From: an uncultured Clostridia bacterium
Lineage (GTDB): Bacteria; Bacillota; Clostridia; Christensenellales; UBA3700
DNA: 64,000 nucleotides
Direction: 5' to 3'
NCBI GenBank assembly: GCA_947174325.1
Contig: CAMWIL010000001.1
Location: 14,989 to 78,988 of the forward strand
The notes under the pieces were generated by a model, which did no database searches, was not told where the DNA came from, and saw nothing but the letters and a program-made list of their open reading frames with translations. Both the position numbers and the translations under genes were made by a program. Shown piece after piece: positions 17,294-27,155 of the stretch (its first letter is position 1; each line of letters begins with the position of its first letter).

Positions 17294-18307
17294 CTATTCT
17301 CCGTAGCCGTTTGGGTTACTGCTTTGCCATCTCCAACTGTCTTCGCACATATCCTGCAAATCGTATTTGCATTCAAAACCGAGTTCTTTTTTAGCAAGCG
17401 CCGTGGAAGCAAAGCACTCAGCTATATCTCCGTCTCTTCTCGGAGCTATAACGTAAGGAACGTTTCTTCCGCTTGCTTTCTCAAACGCTTTTACCATATC
17501 CAAAACGCTGTAACCTTTTCCCGTTCCGAGATTATATATTACAAGTCCGCTGTTTGTCGCAAGTTTTTTGAGCGCTAGAATATGTCCGTGAGCAAGATCC
17601 AAGACGTGGATATAATCTCTTACGCCCGTTCCGTCGTGCGTGGGGTAGTCGTTGCCGAATACGTTGAGATGTTTAAGTTTTCCGATAGCAACTTGCGTGA
17701 TGTAAGGCATAAGGTTGTTGGGAATCCCGTTGGGATCTTCGCCTATAAGTCCGCTTTTGTGCGCTCCGATCGGATTGAAGTATCTCAAAAGCGCTATATT
17801 AAACGTATTGTCTGCTTTATAGACGTCTTTGAGTATGCCCTCGATATAAAGCTTTGTCGAACCGTAAGGGTTTGTTGTGGAAAGAGGGAAGTCTTCGAGT
17901 ATAGGAACGTTCTTAGGCTGACCGTATACCGTAGCGGACGATGAAAAGACTAAGTTCTTACATCCGAATTCTCTCATTACCTGCACTAGATTGAGCGTGC
18001 TGATCAAGTTGTTTTGATAATATTCGAGAGGCTTTTGGCAGGACTCTCCAACTGCTTTAAGCCCTGCAAAGTGTATACAGGAATCAATTTGCTCGTTTTT
18101 GAAAATACTGCGAAGTTTGTCTATTTCACAAATGTCGTAAGGGTAAAATTTGATTTTTCTACCTACTATTTGTTCTACTCGCTCAACGGCGATTTTTTTG
18201 CTGTTGCAAAGATTGTCCACGATTACGGGATCGTAACCGTTTTCTATGAGTTCGATCACTGTGTGAGAGCCTATGTAGCCTGCTCCTCCCGTTACCAATA
18301 CGCTCAT
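17294..18307 (-). CDS. galE: UDP-glucose (UDP-HexNAc) 4-epimerase
   Basis: VLVTGGAGYIGSH, SSSATVYG and YGSTKLYIE (YxxxK); 337 aa. Confidence 0.9.
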   Translation of the reverse strand: MSVLVTGGAGYIGSHTVIELIENGYDPVIVDNLCNSKKIAVERVEQIVGRKIKFYPYDICEIDKLRSIFKNEQIDSCIHFAGLKAVGESCQKPLEYYQNNLISTLNLVQVMREFGCKNLVFSSSATVYGQPKNVPILEDFPLSTTNPYGSTKLYIEGILKDVYKADNTFNIALLRYFNPIGAHKSGLIGEDPNGIPNNLMPYITQVAIGKLKHLNVFGNDYPTHDGTGVRDYIHVLDLAHGHILALKKLATNSGLVIYNLGTGKGYSVLDMVKAFEKASGRNVPYVIAPRRDGDIAECFASTALAKKELGFECKYDLQDMCEDSWRWQSSNPNGYGE

Positions 18308-18325
18308 ATTATATCTCCTTCTTAT

Positions 18326-19411
18326 TTATATTCTGCATTTTTCTGCGATTTTTATCATCTCATTGCTCAATTGTTCCATACGCTCGACAAGTTTGAATTG
18401 CGTACGGCATCTTACCAAATTATGCTCAGGATAATCTATCTTAAAGTATCCGTCGCCGTCAAGATAGTCGGTAAGAAATCTAATGCCGCACTCCAACGTG
18501 ATGATTATAGCGCCCAAGTGGAGCATATCGATCTCTTTTTGCGTGATCTTGTCGCCTATTCCTTTCAAAAAGCCTTTGCAATACGCTTCATAAAGCGATA
18601 TGTCGAAGTCAACTTTGGATAAGTCTTTTTCGTCTTCGAGAGCGGTATTGCATCCCGATCTTATAGAATCTCCAAAGTCATAAAGAAGGCTTCCCGGCAT
18701 TATTGTATCAAGATCTATTATACATATAGCTTTGCCGGTAAATTTATCGATAAGCACGTTGTTTATTTTCGTGTCGTTGTGCGTGACGCGAAGAGGTATT
18801 TCGCCTTTTTCAAGAGCGTCGACGATAGCGGAAAGCATATTTTTGCGATCGTTTACAAATGCAATTTCTTTTTCAGCGCTTGACGCTCTGTTGACCTTAT
18901 CAGCTTTTAGCGCGCTTAAAAATTTGCCGTATCTATCGCAAGTATTGTGGAAGTTCGGAATGACTTCGCAAAGAGCGCTTGCGTCAAATCCGTCCAATCT
19001 TGCTATAAATTTACCAAACGCTTCTCCCGTGTTTTCAAATACAGCGGGGGAGTCGATGATCTGGTAAACGATCGTATCTTTTACAAACAAGTAAGCTCGC
19101 CAACAGTCTGCGCCGTCTACAAAAAAAATATCTCCGTTTTTTGTGGGAATCAGTGTCATACACTCGCGGGAAACGTCCTTGTTTTCTTTTTCGACGATAG
19201 CGCGAAGATAATTTGTTACTTGAAGTATATTGTCCATCAGTCCGCGGAAATTAGAAAATATCTTGGTATTAAGACGCTGTAATATGTATTGTTTTTCGCA
19301 GCCTTTAACTGTTACCAAAAAAGTGTCGTTGATATGTCCTTCGCCGTACGGAGCGATAGTATCGATCTCGCCTTGAAAGTCAAAAAGTTTTGCAATTTTG
19401 TTTACGTTCAT
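18326..19411 (-). CDS. nahK: N-acetylhexosamine 1-kinase (NahK/LnpB-like, APH-fold)
   Basis: Strong colinearity with Bifidobacterium NahK as recalled: PYGEGHINDTFLV, YILQRLN, IPLRVTHNDTKINNVLID, IIDLDTIMPGS, TALEDEKDLSKV and YPEHNLVR. Confidence 0.8.
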   Translation of the reverse strand: MNVNKIAKLFDFQGEIDTIAPYGEGHINDTFLVTVKGCEKQYILQRLNTKIFSNFRGLMDNILQVTNYLRAIVEKENKDVSRECMTLIPTKNGDIFFVDGADCWRAYLFVKDTIVYQIIDSPAVFENTGEAFGKFIARLDGFDASALCEVIPNFHNTCDRYGKFLSALKADKVNRASSAEKEIAFVNDRKNMLSAIVDALEKGEIPLRVTHNDTKINNVLIDKFTGKAICIIDLDTIMPGSLLYDFGDSIRSGCNTALEDEKDLSKVDFDISLYEAYCKGFLKGIGDKITQKEIDMLHLGAIIITLECGIRFLTDYLDGDGYFKIDYPEHNLVRCRTQFKLVERMEQLSNEMIKIAEKCRI

Positions 19412-19538
19412 GCTGTTCCTCGCGGTGTATATATTTGTAAATAAAGATTTTTATACAACAAACTATGCGCTTAAAAGCGTTTATGTGCTTTGTTATATAA
19501 AAATCTCAATTTATTGCGCGTTTCGCGTTTATTTATGC

Positions 19539-19570
19539 AATGATACACACGGCGCGCCGTGTGTATCATT
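19539..19570. repeat. Perfect 32-nt palindrome (16-bp arms, GGCGCGCC core)
   Basis: aatgatacacacggcg|cgccgtgtgtatcatt. It lies 10 nt downstream of the lipoprotein stop on the minus strand, between that gene and nahK, and is not followed by a U-tract. Confidence 0.9.
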
Positions 19571-19580
19571 ATTATATTTG

Positions 19581-21002
19581 TTATTCTTCGTTGTTTAGCG
19601 CGTAATCAGCCCAATTCAAAGAGAATAATGGATTAAACTTGCTTACCAATTCATTTGCTTTCGGTTTGTAGTTTGAGAAAGTAGTGTAATTGGAAAGATT
19701 GAGCGGAGAAACGTTTTTAAGAGTGCCTTTCTCAGTTTTCTTGAATGGAGTCTCCGTAGCGAGTTCCGGCCAATAGAGAGCAACGTATTTCAATGCGTCG
19801 CAATCGTCTTTGTCGTAACCAAACGCCATTGTAATTCTGTTGGAAGCTTTACCGCCTTCGTCACAAGAACCGAACATTCCGCCTGCAACTGAAAGTTTAC
19901 AGGTTTCATTGGATTCGAGAGTGTCGATCTTTTGCATGGATTTGATAAGTCCGCTTCCGTAAACTTCTATTCTTGCAGTAGATTCAGTATATTTAGCGTT
20001 GTTAAGTTCGATATAATCTTTCGTATCTTTTACAAGTCCGCCTTTTGTGAATTCGCACGCTTCGTCAACGTATTCGGAAAGAATAGTGATATCCAAAACG
20101 TAGAGATTAAGTTCTGCGATATAATCGATCTTCGTCTTATTGGTATCGAAGTATTCTGCAACGCTGTAATTGCTCGTTGCCCAGCCTGCGCCGTAAGTTC
20201 CGGTATTATACGAAGTGCCGGCAACTGTCAATGGGTCGCCTTCTATAGGTAAGAGTTGCGACCAAGCGTAATCTCTTTCAGGAACGTCCTCGTCTTCGTC
20301 GGAAGAATTGTTTGACTTGACCGATCCGGTGAATTTAGAAGCTTTGTCGAGCTTTGGATTGCCTGCGCCCATAATGTATTTGGTCGCGTTGTTTGAATTG
20401 TTGCCTTCACCGTAGAATTGCGCGCCTGCGTTGAAACCTTTCTTTGAGATCTCGAACTTATCGTTGTTGAAAGTTTGAGTATTCCAACCGAAGTTGTCTC
20501 TGAGGTTGGAAACGAAACCGCCGAGTCCGTCAAGTATTGTCACGCCGGAAATCGTTTGAGAGAAAGAGCCGTTTTCTCCCATGAATGCGGAATACGTACT
20601 TCTAATGCCTACGTTTACGTCTTTATTTCCCAAACGCGAGCATTTGAAAGCGTTTACCGACGCGTCAGTCATTACCATATAAGCCGAACGGTTTACGTTA
20701 TTGTAATTGGTTACAGCCAAAGCGTAAATGCCTGCGATGACGTCGTACGTGTTTGCTTCGAGAGTCCAACCCTCGGTAGTTAGCATGTCGTTTACGCTGA
20801 CGAGCTCCGTGCCTTCTTTCATGAGATCGGACGTATCAGCGACGTTTTGTTGCATGTTTCCAACGAAGAATACGTCGATCGGAGTTACGCCGATTTCGTT
20901 GGAATTACAACCGGTCATAGAAATCGTAAGCATGCAAGCGATAAGCATCACAGCCAAAAAGCTTACGGCAATCTTGACCTTTTTTGATTTGTAAGATTTC
21001 AT
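19581..21002 (-). CDS. Hypothetical lipoprotein (473 aa)
   Basis: Signal peptide plus lipobox (SMTGC). SD AGAGGTG. No recognisable domain. Confidence 0.6.
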   Translation of the reverse strand: MKSYKSKKVKIAVSFLAVMLIACMLTISMTGCNSNEIGVTPIDVFFVGNMQQNVADTSDLMKEGTELVSVNDMLTTEGWTLEANTYDVIAGIYALAVTNYNNVNRSAYMVMTDASVNAFKCSRLGNKDVNVGIRSTYSAFMGENGSFSQTISGVTILDGLGGFVSNLRDNFGWNTQTFNNDKFEISKKGFNAGAQFYGEGNNSNNATKYIMGAGNPKLDKASKFTGSVKSNNSSDEDEDVPERDYAWSQLLPIEGDPLTVAGTSYNTGTYGAGWATSNYSVAEYFDTNKTKIDYIAELNLYVLDITILSEYVDEACEFTKGGLVKDTKDYIELNNAKYTESTARIEVYGSGLIKSMQKIDTLESNETCKLSVAGGMFGSCDEGGKASNRITMAFGYDKDDCDALKYVALYWPELATETPFKKTEKGTLKNVSPLNLSNYTTFSNYKPKANELVSKFNPLFSLNWADYALNNEE

Positions 21003-21158
21003 AATTCACCTCTTGTTTTTTTGTTACAGAACAATTATATTATATATTTTCTTATTTGTAAAGGGAGAAAACGCTTTTTTGCAAATTTATTGATTAAATA
21101 TAAAAAAATATGGATAAAATGTAAGGATATCAAAATATCCGTACTTTGAATTCAAATA

Positions 21159-21188
21159 TTGACACAAAGGTTTGAAAAGTAATATAAT
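21159..21188 (+). promoter_or_regulatory. sigma-A-like promoter for nagA
   Basis: TTGACA (21159-21164), 18-nt spacer, TATAAT (21183-21188). Small palindromes ggatat-N4-atatcc (21124-21139) and tttgaattcaaa (21145-21156) lie just upstream. Confidence 0.5.
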
Positions 21189-21221
21189 TAAACTATAATC
21201 CAGTAATCTAGCAGGTAAAAA

Positions 21222-22382
21222 ATGACTATAACTCTCACGAATGCAAAAATTTATACAAAAGGCAGAATGATAAGCGGAAATGTCACCGTCGAAGGGGGAA
21301 TGATCAAAGCGATAGGCTCTCAGACGGAAGGAGATATTTTAGACGCGCAGGGGAAGATCGCGACGGCGGGATTTATAGACGTTCATACTCACGGCGGCTG
21401 GGGCAAAGATTGTATGGAAGCCAACGCGGATACGATAGACACGATTTGCAAGTATCATCTCTATACCGGCACTACTTCTTTTGTGCCTACGACTATGACG
21501 GCGAGCGTCGGCGATATCAACCGCGCAGTAGATAATATCAGGAAATACGACAGCAAGTATTCCAGGATCGCGGGCATACATCTGGAAGGGCCGTATCTTG
21601 CGCAAAAGAGCGCGGGAGCGCATCCGCCTCATTTGTTGATCACGCCAAAGACTTGCGATACGTTTGTTTGGGATAATATAGATATTGTCAAGAGAATCAC
21701 GCTTGCGCCTAATCTTGACGGAGCGGCTGAATTTTGCAAAAAAGCGACGGATAGGGGAATACAGGTTTCTTTGGGACACGACGACAGTATAGACGACGAA
21801 ATATACGCTTGTTTGGAAAACGGAGCAAACAGCGTTACGCATATGTATAACTGTACTTCGAGACCGTCGAGAAGAAGCACGCCGAAAAAACATTTGGGAC
21901 TTACGGAAGTAGGTTTGATAGAAGATAGTGTCGTCGCGGAAGTTATCGCTGACGGAAGGCACGTGCCGGACAAGTTGTTTTCTATGATATATAAACTCAA
22001 AGGAAGCGAAGGAATTTGTTTGGTATCCGATTCTTTGAGCGTAGCGGGTATGCCGCAAGGCGATTATTATCTTGGTAGCGGAGAGAGTAAACAAAAAATC
22101 AGAATAGACGACGGAGTAGCGATTTTGCCCGATCTCAATACTTATGCGGGGTCGGTCACTTCGGTGGGCAAAATGGTAGAAAGGTTAGTTGAGCAAGGGT
22201 ATTCTCTTGAAGAGTGCGTGGATATGTGCACGAAGACGCCGGCAAAGCTTTTGAAGCGCGACGATATAGGCGATATCGCGGTGGGTATGATAGGCGATAT
22301 AAATTTACTTGACGAAAAAGGACGCGTGCTGGCGACTTTGCTAGGCGGCAACGTCGTAGACAGAGAAGCGTTGAAAAAATAA
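21222..22382 (+). CDS. nagA: N-acetylglucosamine-6-phosphate deacetylase
   Basis: GFIDVHTHGG, HLEGPY, THMYN and amidohydrolase architecture; 386 aa. Confidence 0.85.
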   Translation: MTITLTNAKIYTKGRMISGNVTVEGGMIKAIGSQTEGDILDAQGKIATAGFIDVHTHGGWGKDCMEANADTIDTICKYHLYTGTTSFVPTTMTASVGDINRAVDNIRKYDSKYSRIAGIHLEGPYLAQKSAGAHPPHLLITPKTCDTFVWDNIDIVKRITLAPNLDGAAEFCKKATDRGIQVSLGHDDSIDDEIYACLENGANSVTHMYNCTSRPSRRSTPKKHLGLTEVGLIEDSVVAEVIADGRHVPDKLFSMIYKLKGSEGICLVSDSLSVAGMPQGDYYLGSGESKQKIRIDDGVAILPDLNTYAGSVTSVGKMVERLVEQGYSLEECVDMCTKTPAKLLKRDDIGDIAVGMIGDINLLDEKGRVLATLLGGNVVDREALKK

Positions 22383-22396
22383 GAAGGAGAGGTATT

Positions 22397-23347
22397 ATGA
22401 CTAAGAATACAGCCGAGCCGTCGAAAAGAAGAAAAAGGATAAATACTTCCAAGATCGCAAAACTCGTTTTTGACATAGACGACAGCGTAAAGAGCTTTAT
22501 CACAAATAAATACAAAAGTAGCAATACGATCGTAGAAATAAACGATTTGATTTATTATGCCGAAGAATATGAAACGTGCAAACTTGATATTTTTAAACCC
22601 GAACTTGTAGTTGACGCTAAAATGCCCGTGCTTATCAACGTGCACGGAGGCGGTTGGGTAACAGGCGATAAAAAATGGAGAGTCGCGCAAGGTAAGTTGT
22701 TTGCCGATATGGGAATGTGCGTGATTAATATCAATTATGGACTAAGTCCCAAATTTAAGTATGAAGAATCGTTGCGTCACGTAGTCAAAGCTATGCATTG
22801 GGTGGAAGACAATGCGCAAGATTACGAATTGGATCTCGACAACGTATTCGTTATGGGCGATTCAGCTGGCGGACAGATCGCGTGTCTTATGTGCGCGGTA
22901 TTGCACAATAAATCTTTTCTTGACAGATTGGGACTAGATCCCGTGCGTTTCCGTATTAAAGGCGCGTTGTTGCATTGCGGAGCTTACGATTTCGACGATT
23001 TAAGCAAAAATCCTTTAGCTTACGATATCATATACGATATGACGGGGAAAGACCACGATAAGATCGACGAATACGAATACAAGGATCTTATCTATACTAT
23101 ACCGTGGATTGACGAAGATTTTCCTCAAAAAGTTTTTGTCGCGTATGGGAAAAAAGATATTTTCGTTGGCAAACATCATTTGCCTTTAATAGCGAGATTG
23201 AAAGAACTTGGCAAAGAAGCGGTGGAATACTGCGGTACTTTCCCGGGATTGCATTGTTTTCACTTGTTTTATAAGACGCCCGAGTCAAAGCGAATGTATA
23301 TAGAAGAGAAAAAATATCTTATGAGTATGGTCAGAGAAAAAGTATAA
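22397..23347 (+). CDS. Alpha/beta hydrolase, esterase/lipase (HGGG-type, HSL-like)
   Basis: VHGGGWVTGD oxyanion motif and GDSAGG nucleophile elbow. SD GAAGGAGAGG. Confidence 0.75.
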   Translation: MTKNTAEPSKRRKRINTSKIAKLVFDIDDSVKSFITNKYKSSNTIVEINDLIYYAEEYETCKLDIFKPELVVDAKMPVLINVHGGGWVTGDKKWRVAQGKLFADMGMCVININYGLSPKFKYEESLRHVVKAMHWVEDNAQDYELDLDNVFVMGDSAGGQIACLMCAVLHNKSFLDRLGLDPVRFRIKGALLHCGAYDFDDLSKNPLAYDIIYDMTGKDHDKIDEYEYKDLIYTIPWIDEDFPQKVFVAYGKKDIFVGKHHLPLIARLKELGKEAVEYCGTFPGLHCFHLFYKTPESKRMYIEEKKYLMSMVREKV

Positions 23348-23374
23348 AAAGTTTATGAAGTAGTCTTCCGCAGA

Positions 23375-24436
23375 CTACTTCATATTTATTTTGACGTCAA
23401 TTTCCAATTGAAGTTTTTCAAGGTAAAAGGGGTCTTTGTAGAGTTCGTTTTCGTATGCGTAACACCGTTGTCCCAGATAAAATACGTCCAAGCCCTCGTC
23501 TTTGCAGTTATTGTAACATTCTTCAATATAAGAAATAATCTCTTTGCTCACGTATTCTTTGCAGAGCTCTTCATTGACCTTGTCGGGAACGTAAGTGTTG
23601 TCTTTGAGAGTGGCTTTGATCTGCAACTTTGCTTTATCGCTATCTTTTTCTATTTTGATATCGCCGGCAGATTTGACAAAATTGAGTTCGCCGACAGAAG
23701 ATTCATATTGATAGGGAAGAGTTCCGTTGCTGATCTTATTGAGTACAAGACTTAGTCCTTTAGTCGCTTTTTCAGACAGCATTACGCCCTTCTTTCCGTC
23801 GCTTACGTAGCTTTTTGTGATGTCTAGGAAAGTAGTATCTCCTTCTTTTTCCAAAGATACACACGGCAAGTATACGCAAGAGCCGATACGGTATTTATTC
23901 TGAAAAAAGTCTTTTATCGTAATAGGGATTATTCCGAAATCTCCTACCATATTATGCAAGACTTGACCGAGAAAATAACCGCTTCCTACGCCGTTGGAGA
24001 GAGTGGGCGAAAGCACTTCGCGCGGCGATTGTTCGGACGTTACGACCATAGTGTTATTGCACAAAACTTCGCCTTCAAAGAAGAAATTCATAGCTTTGTT
24101 ATCGTCAGTATTAAGCACGTCCTGTCCTATTATAAGCACGGTCGCGTGACACAGGGCCACCGTGCTTCCGGTGTCGTAACTCAAATGTTCGATAATATCG
24201 CTAATATTGTCGCCTTTTGAAAAGTAAGTCAAAAATTCCTGCTTTTCGCTTTTGTCTGTTTTAAGCACTTGTATTCCCACTTCGTATTCGTCGTCTACTT
24301 TGTCGAGCGAGAGCGCAAGCACTATCGTGCGCGCGGCGATGCTCTTCTGTTCGTCAAGAAAAGAAAACGTCACCAATACCAACGAAATTACGAGGATCAC
24401 CAACCATTTTTTGTTTATAAATTTAGGCTTTTTCAT
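23375..24436 (-). CDS. Spore germination receptor subunit C, Ger(x)C-family lipoprotein
   Basis: Third gene of an A-B-C ger operon. It has an N-terminal hydrophobic anchor and Ger(x)C-like length and layout, and overlaps the B subunit by 14 nt. Confidence 0.75.
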   Translation of the reverse strand: MKKPKFINKKWLVILVISLVLVTFSFLDEQKSIAARTIVLALSLDKVDDEYEVGIQVLKTDKSEKQEFLTYFSKGDNISDIIEHLSYDTGSTVALCHATVLIIGQDVLNTDDNKAMNFFFEGEVLCNNTMVVTSEQSPREVLSPTLSNGVGSGYFLGQVLHNMVGDFGIIPITIKDFFQNKYRIGSCVYLPCVSLEKEGDTTFLDITKSYVSDGKKGVMLSEKATKGLSLVLNKISNGTLPYQYESSVGELNFVKSAGDIKIEKDSDKAKLQIKATLKDNTYVPDKVNEELCKEYVSKEIISYIEECYNNCKDEGLDVFYLGQRCYAYENELYKDPFYLEKLQLEIDVKINMK

Positions 24437-25550
24437 AGGCTTCTCCTTGATTGTTTACGGCTTGAGGAGCAGGGGCTTTTTGCTTTTTATTCATTGAGAC
24501 GCGCATTGCTATATAAGCCGCTACCGTTACTAAAAATTCAGTTAGAAAAGCAAAATACCTCAACCAACTCGTCGCCAAATTGTAACTTGTTTTCAAATTG
24601 CCTATGCCGTAAACGATCACCGCATAAACGATAATTCCGCACGCCAGAGAGACGAGTATTTTGTTGCCGAAAAAGAATTTCGCGCATTCCGCCATTGCAT
24701 ATAGCAGCAAAGCGAATTTTATTACGCACATTATAAGCCAACTCAATACCGTAGGCAGATCTACAGACCCTATCATAAAAGATATCTTGTTGAGCGAAGA
24801 CACGTTGAGGAAAGCGTTGCCTACTACCGCTCCGCTTGCGCCGAATATGCAAATAAATTGTATCATAAGTCCTACCGAGCATATCAACGTTGCGATCACG
24901 GCAAACGTTATCCATATCGCCATCGTGCTTTTTTTACGGTTGGACGATGGAGACGTAGACATAAATAAAAGGGGAGTGAAATCGCCGAACCACATCAAAA
25001 ACTTATCGCCTGCCACAGCCAGATCGGACGAGATCTTAAACGGCATTAGGTTGATAGCTTCAAAGTTGAAGTTGGAGAAAACTCCGTAGAATACCAAAGC
25101 GAAGATAAGCACCCAGAAAAAGATCTGGACCGTTCTGCCAAGCACTTTTCCGCCTTTATGCGCTAAGTACAGGCTTACGATGATAAGCGCAAGCGTAACG
25201 AACGACCAACTCACGCTTCCGTATAGCGAAGTGGATATATAAGCGACGCCTTCGCTTCCAAGTATAGTGCTCTTGATCAGCGAAGAAGCAAACACCAATA
25301 TCGCAAAAACGCCTTTTACCCATTTGGGGATATCTAATTGGAGTATCGAACCGTTTTTGGTAATGCCGTATACGACGCATAACATCATGATCTCAATGGC
25401 GATCATAAAAAACATCGTCATATAACTCTGACTGCCTGCTGTCTTGACTAGATATTGAGGGAGCATTACCACCTTAAACGTTATAAGAGAGATAAATGCC
25501 AGTAGCAGAAACTGTTCGTTGTATATTTTGTTGTTGAGTTTGTTTTGCAT
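24423..25550 (-). CDS. Spore germination receptor subunit B (GerAB-like, APC-type permease)
   Basis: About 10 TM segments and 375 aa. It is positioned between the GerAA-like and GerAC-like genes. Confidence 0.8.
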   Translation of the reverse strand: MQNKLNNKIYNEQFLLLAFISLITFKVVMLPQYLVKTAGSQSYMTMFFMIAIEIMMLCVVYGITKNGSILQLDIPKWVKGVFAILVFASSLIKSTILGSEGVAYISTSLYGSVSWSFVTLALIIVSLYLAHKGGKVLGRTVQIFFWVLIFALVFYGVFSNFNFEAINLMPFKISSDLAVAGDKFLMWFGDFTPLLFMSTSPSSNRKKSTMAIWITFAVIATLICSVGLMIQFICIFGASGAVVGNAFLNVSSLNKISFMIGSVDLPTVLSWLIMCVIKFALLLYAMAECAKFFFGNKILVSLACGIIVYAVIVYGIGNLKTSYNLATSWLRYFAFLTEFLVTVAAYIAMRVSMNKKQKAPAPQAVNNQGEAYEKA

Positions 25551-27035
25551 TTAATTATCCTCTTTATTTGTTTGGTTCTCTGACTCGACGTTATTTGCAA
25601 GTTGACTGCGCTGACGAGTACGGTTGGACGTGGGGACAGAATAAGGGCGTTCGCCGAATTCTTCTATTTGCGCTTTTAGAGGTCCATCCTGCCAGTCGTG
25701 CATGATCGACGGAGCAAACGGAGACATATATGAGACGCCGTAACTGTTGATCGAACACATATAACCTATCAACGCCATCGAGCCGAAAAGTATTCCCGCC
25801 AGTCCCAACACTCCGCCTATGGCGACAAAGCCGAGCCGCAGTATATTCGACGAGTTTATTTCATCGGGGACGCTGTAAATTCCGACGGTTGAAACGGCGA
25901 CTATGATTACGGATGAAATAGAGAAGAGTCCTGCGGTCACGGCGACTTCTCCAAGAATTATCGCGCCAACTACGGAGAGCGCCATACTCACGTATCGCGG
26001 CATTCGTATAGACGTTTCGTTCAATATCTCAAATATGCACAGGACTAAGAGCATTTCAAGCGTCGGCGATAGGGGGATATTTGATATCGATCCGAGAATC
26101 GAAACAAGAAATTTTATTGGAAAGAGTTGGTACTGATGTTCCTGCAAAGCGACGTAAATGCCGGGCATCAAAATGGAGAATATTACTGCAAACAGTCTTA
26201 TTATTCTCACCATTGAAGCGCGGTAACTTTTGATATAGTAATCTTCGCTCATTTGGAAGTTTTCGTAAAGCATAAAGGGGAGAGTGAGTACGGATGGAGA
26301 TCCGTCTACTACTATCGCAACTCTGCCTTCGAGCATCTTGCCTACTATGGTATCGGGTTTTTCGCTCGCTCCTACCTGAGAAAAAAGCGAAAATTTATTT
26401 TCTTCAAGGTATCTGGCAACGTAAGACGATTCTATCACGCCGTCTATGTTTATTTCTTGGATCTTACTTTTTATTCTGCCTACTATCTCGCCGTCGGCGA
26501 CGCCGTCTATAAAGCACAATGCGACTTTGGTCTGCGTATATTTGCCGACGCTCAACATATCTACGGTAAGTTTGGGACTTGCAACGCGTCTGCGTACCAT
26601 AAAGATGTTAGTTTTCAAATCTTCGACAAAACCTTCTCTAGGTCCGCGCAATACTGTCGATACGGGAGGTTCGGTGACCGCTCTCAACTGATACTTTTTC
26701 TCGCTATACCTAAAAAAGCATTCCGCGCCGTCCACGAGTAAAACGATTTCTCCCGCGGCTATCTCCGCTATCGCTTTATTTACGTCCTGCAATTCTTCTA
26801 TCGGCGTAGTGAACATTGTATTGGCGTTTAGCACGTTAATGTCTACCTTGTCTATATTTTGCAATCTTTTGAGCGGTTTGAGCAAATTGTTTTCAAACAA
26901 AAGAGTGTCAATATATCCGTCAATATAGAAATAACAAGCGTTTTTGCCCGATATCTGCAGTTCGATAGCGCGCAGATCGCAGGTGTTGCAAAATTCATTA
27001 TTAATTTGATCGTATACTTCCTGATAATTCAACAT
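25551..27035 (-). CDS. Spore germination receptor subunit A (GerAA-like)
   Basis: 494 aa. GerA-family blocks are EPPVSTVLRGPREGFVE, RRRV, GRVAIVVDGSP and C-terminal TM helices. Confidence 0.85.
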   Translation of the reverse strand: MLNYQEVYDQINNEFCNTCDLRAIELQISGKNACYFYIDGYIDTLLFENNLLKPLKRLQNIDKVDINVLNANTMFTTPIEELQDVNKAIAEIAAGEIVLLVDGAECFFRYSEKKYQLRAVTEPPVSTVLRGPREGFVEDLKTNIFMVRRRVASPKLTVDMLSVGKYTQTKVALCFIDGVADGEIVGRIKSKIQEINIDGVIESSYVARYLEENKFSLFSQVGASEKPDTIVGKMLEGRVAIVVDGSPSVLTLPFMLYENFQMSEDYYIKSYRASMVRIIRLFAVIFSILMPGIYVALQEHQYQLFPIKFLVSILGSISNIPLSPTLEMLLVLCIFEILNETSIRMPRYVSMALSVVGAIILGEVAVTAGLFSISSVIIVAVSTVGIYSVPDEINSSNILRLGFVAIGGVLGLAGILFGSMALIGYMCSINSYGVSYMSPFAPSIMHDWQDGPLKAQIEEFGERPYSVPTSNRTRQRSQLANNVESENQTNKEDN

Positions 27036-27111
27036 ATTTGAGTTATTGCTTTTTACCGTTGAAATTATACGTCCTACGTTCTCGATTTTGAATAAAAAAT
27101 TTCAATGCAAT

Positions 27112-27138
27112 AAAAAACGCCGCTTTAAACGCGGCGTT
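27112..27138 (-). terminator. Intrinsic terminator after the beta-mannosidase gene
   Basis: On the minus strand: aacgccgc / gcggcgtt stem followed by TTTTTT. Confidence 0.75.
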
Positions 27139-27155
27139 GATTGATCCTAACGATT

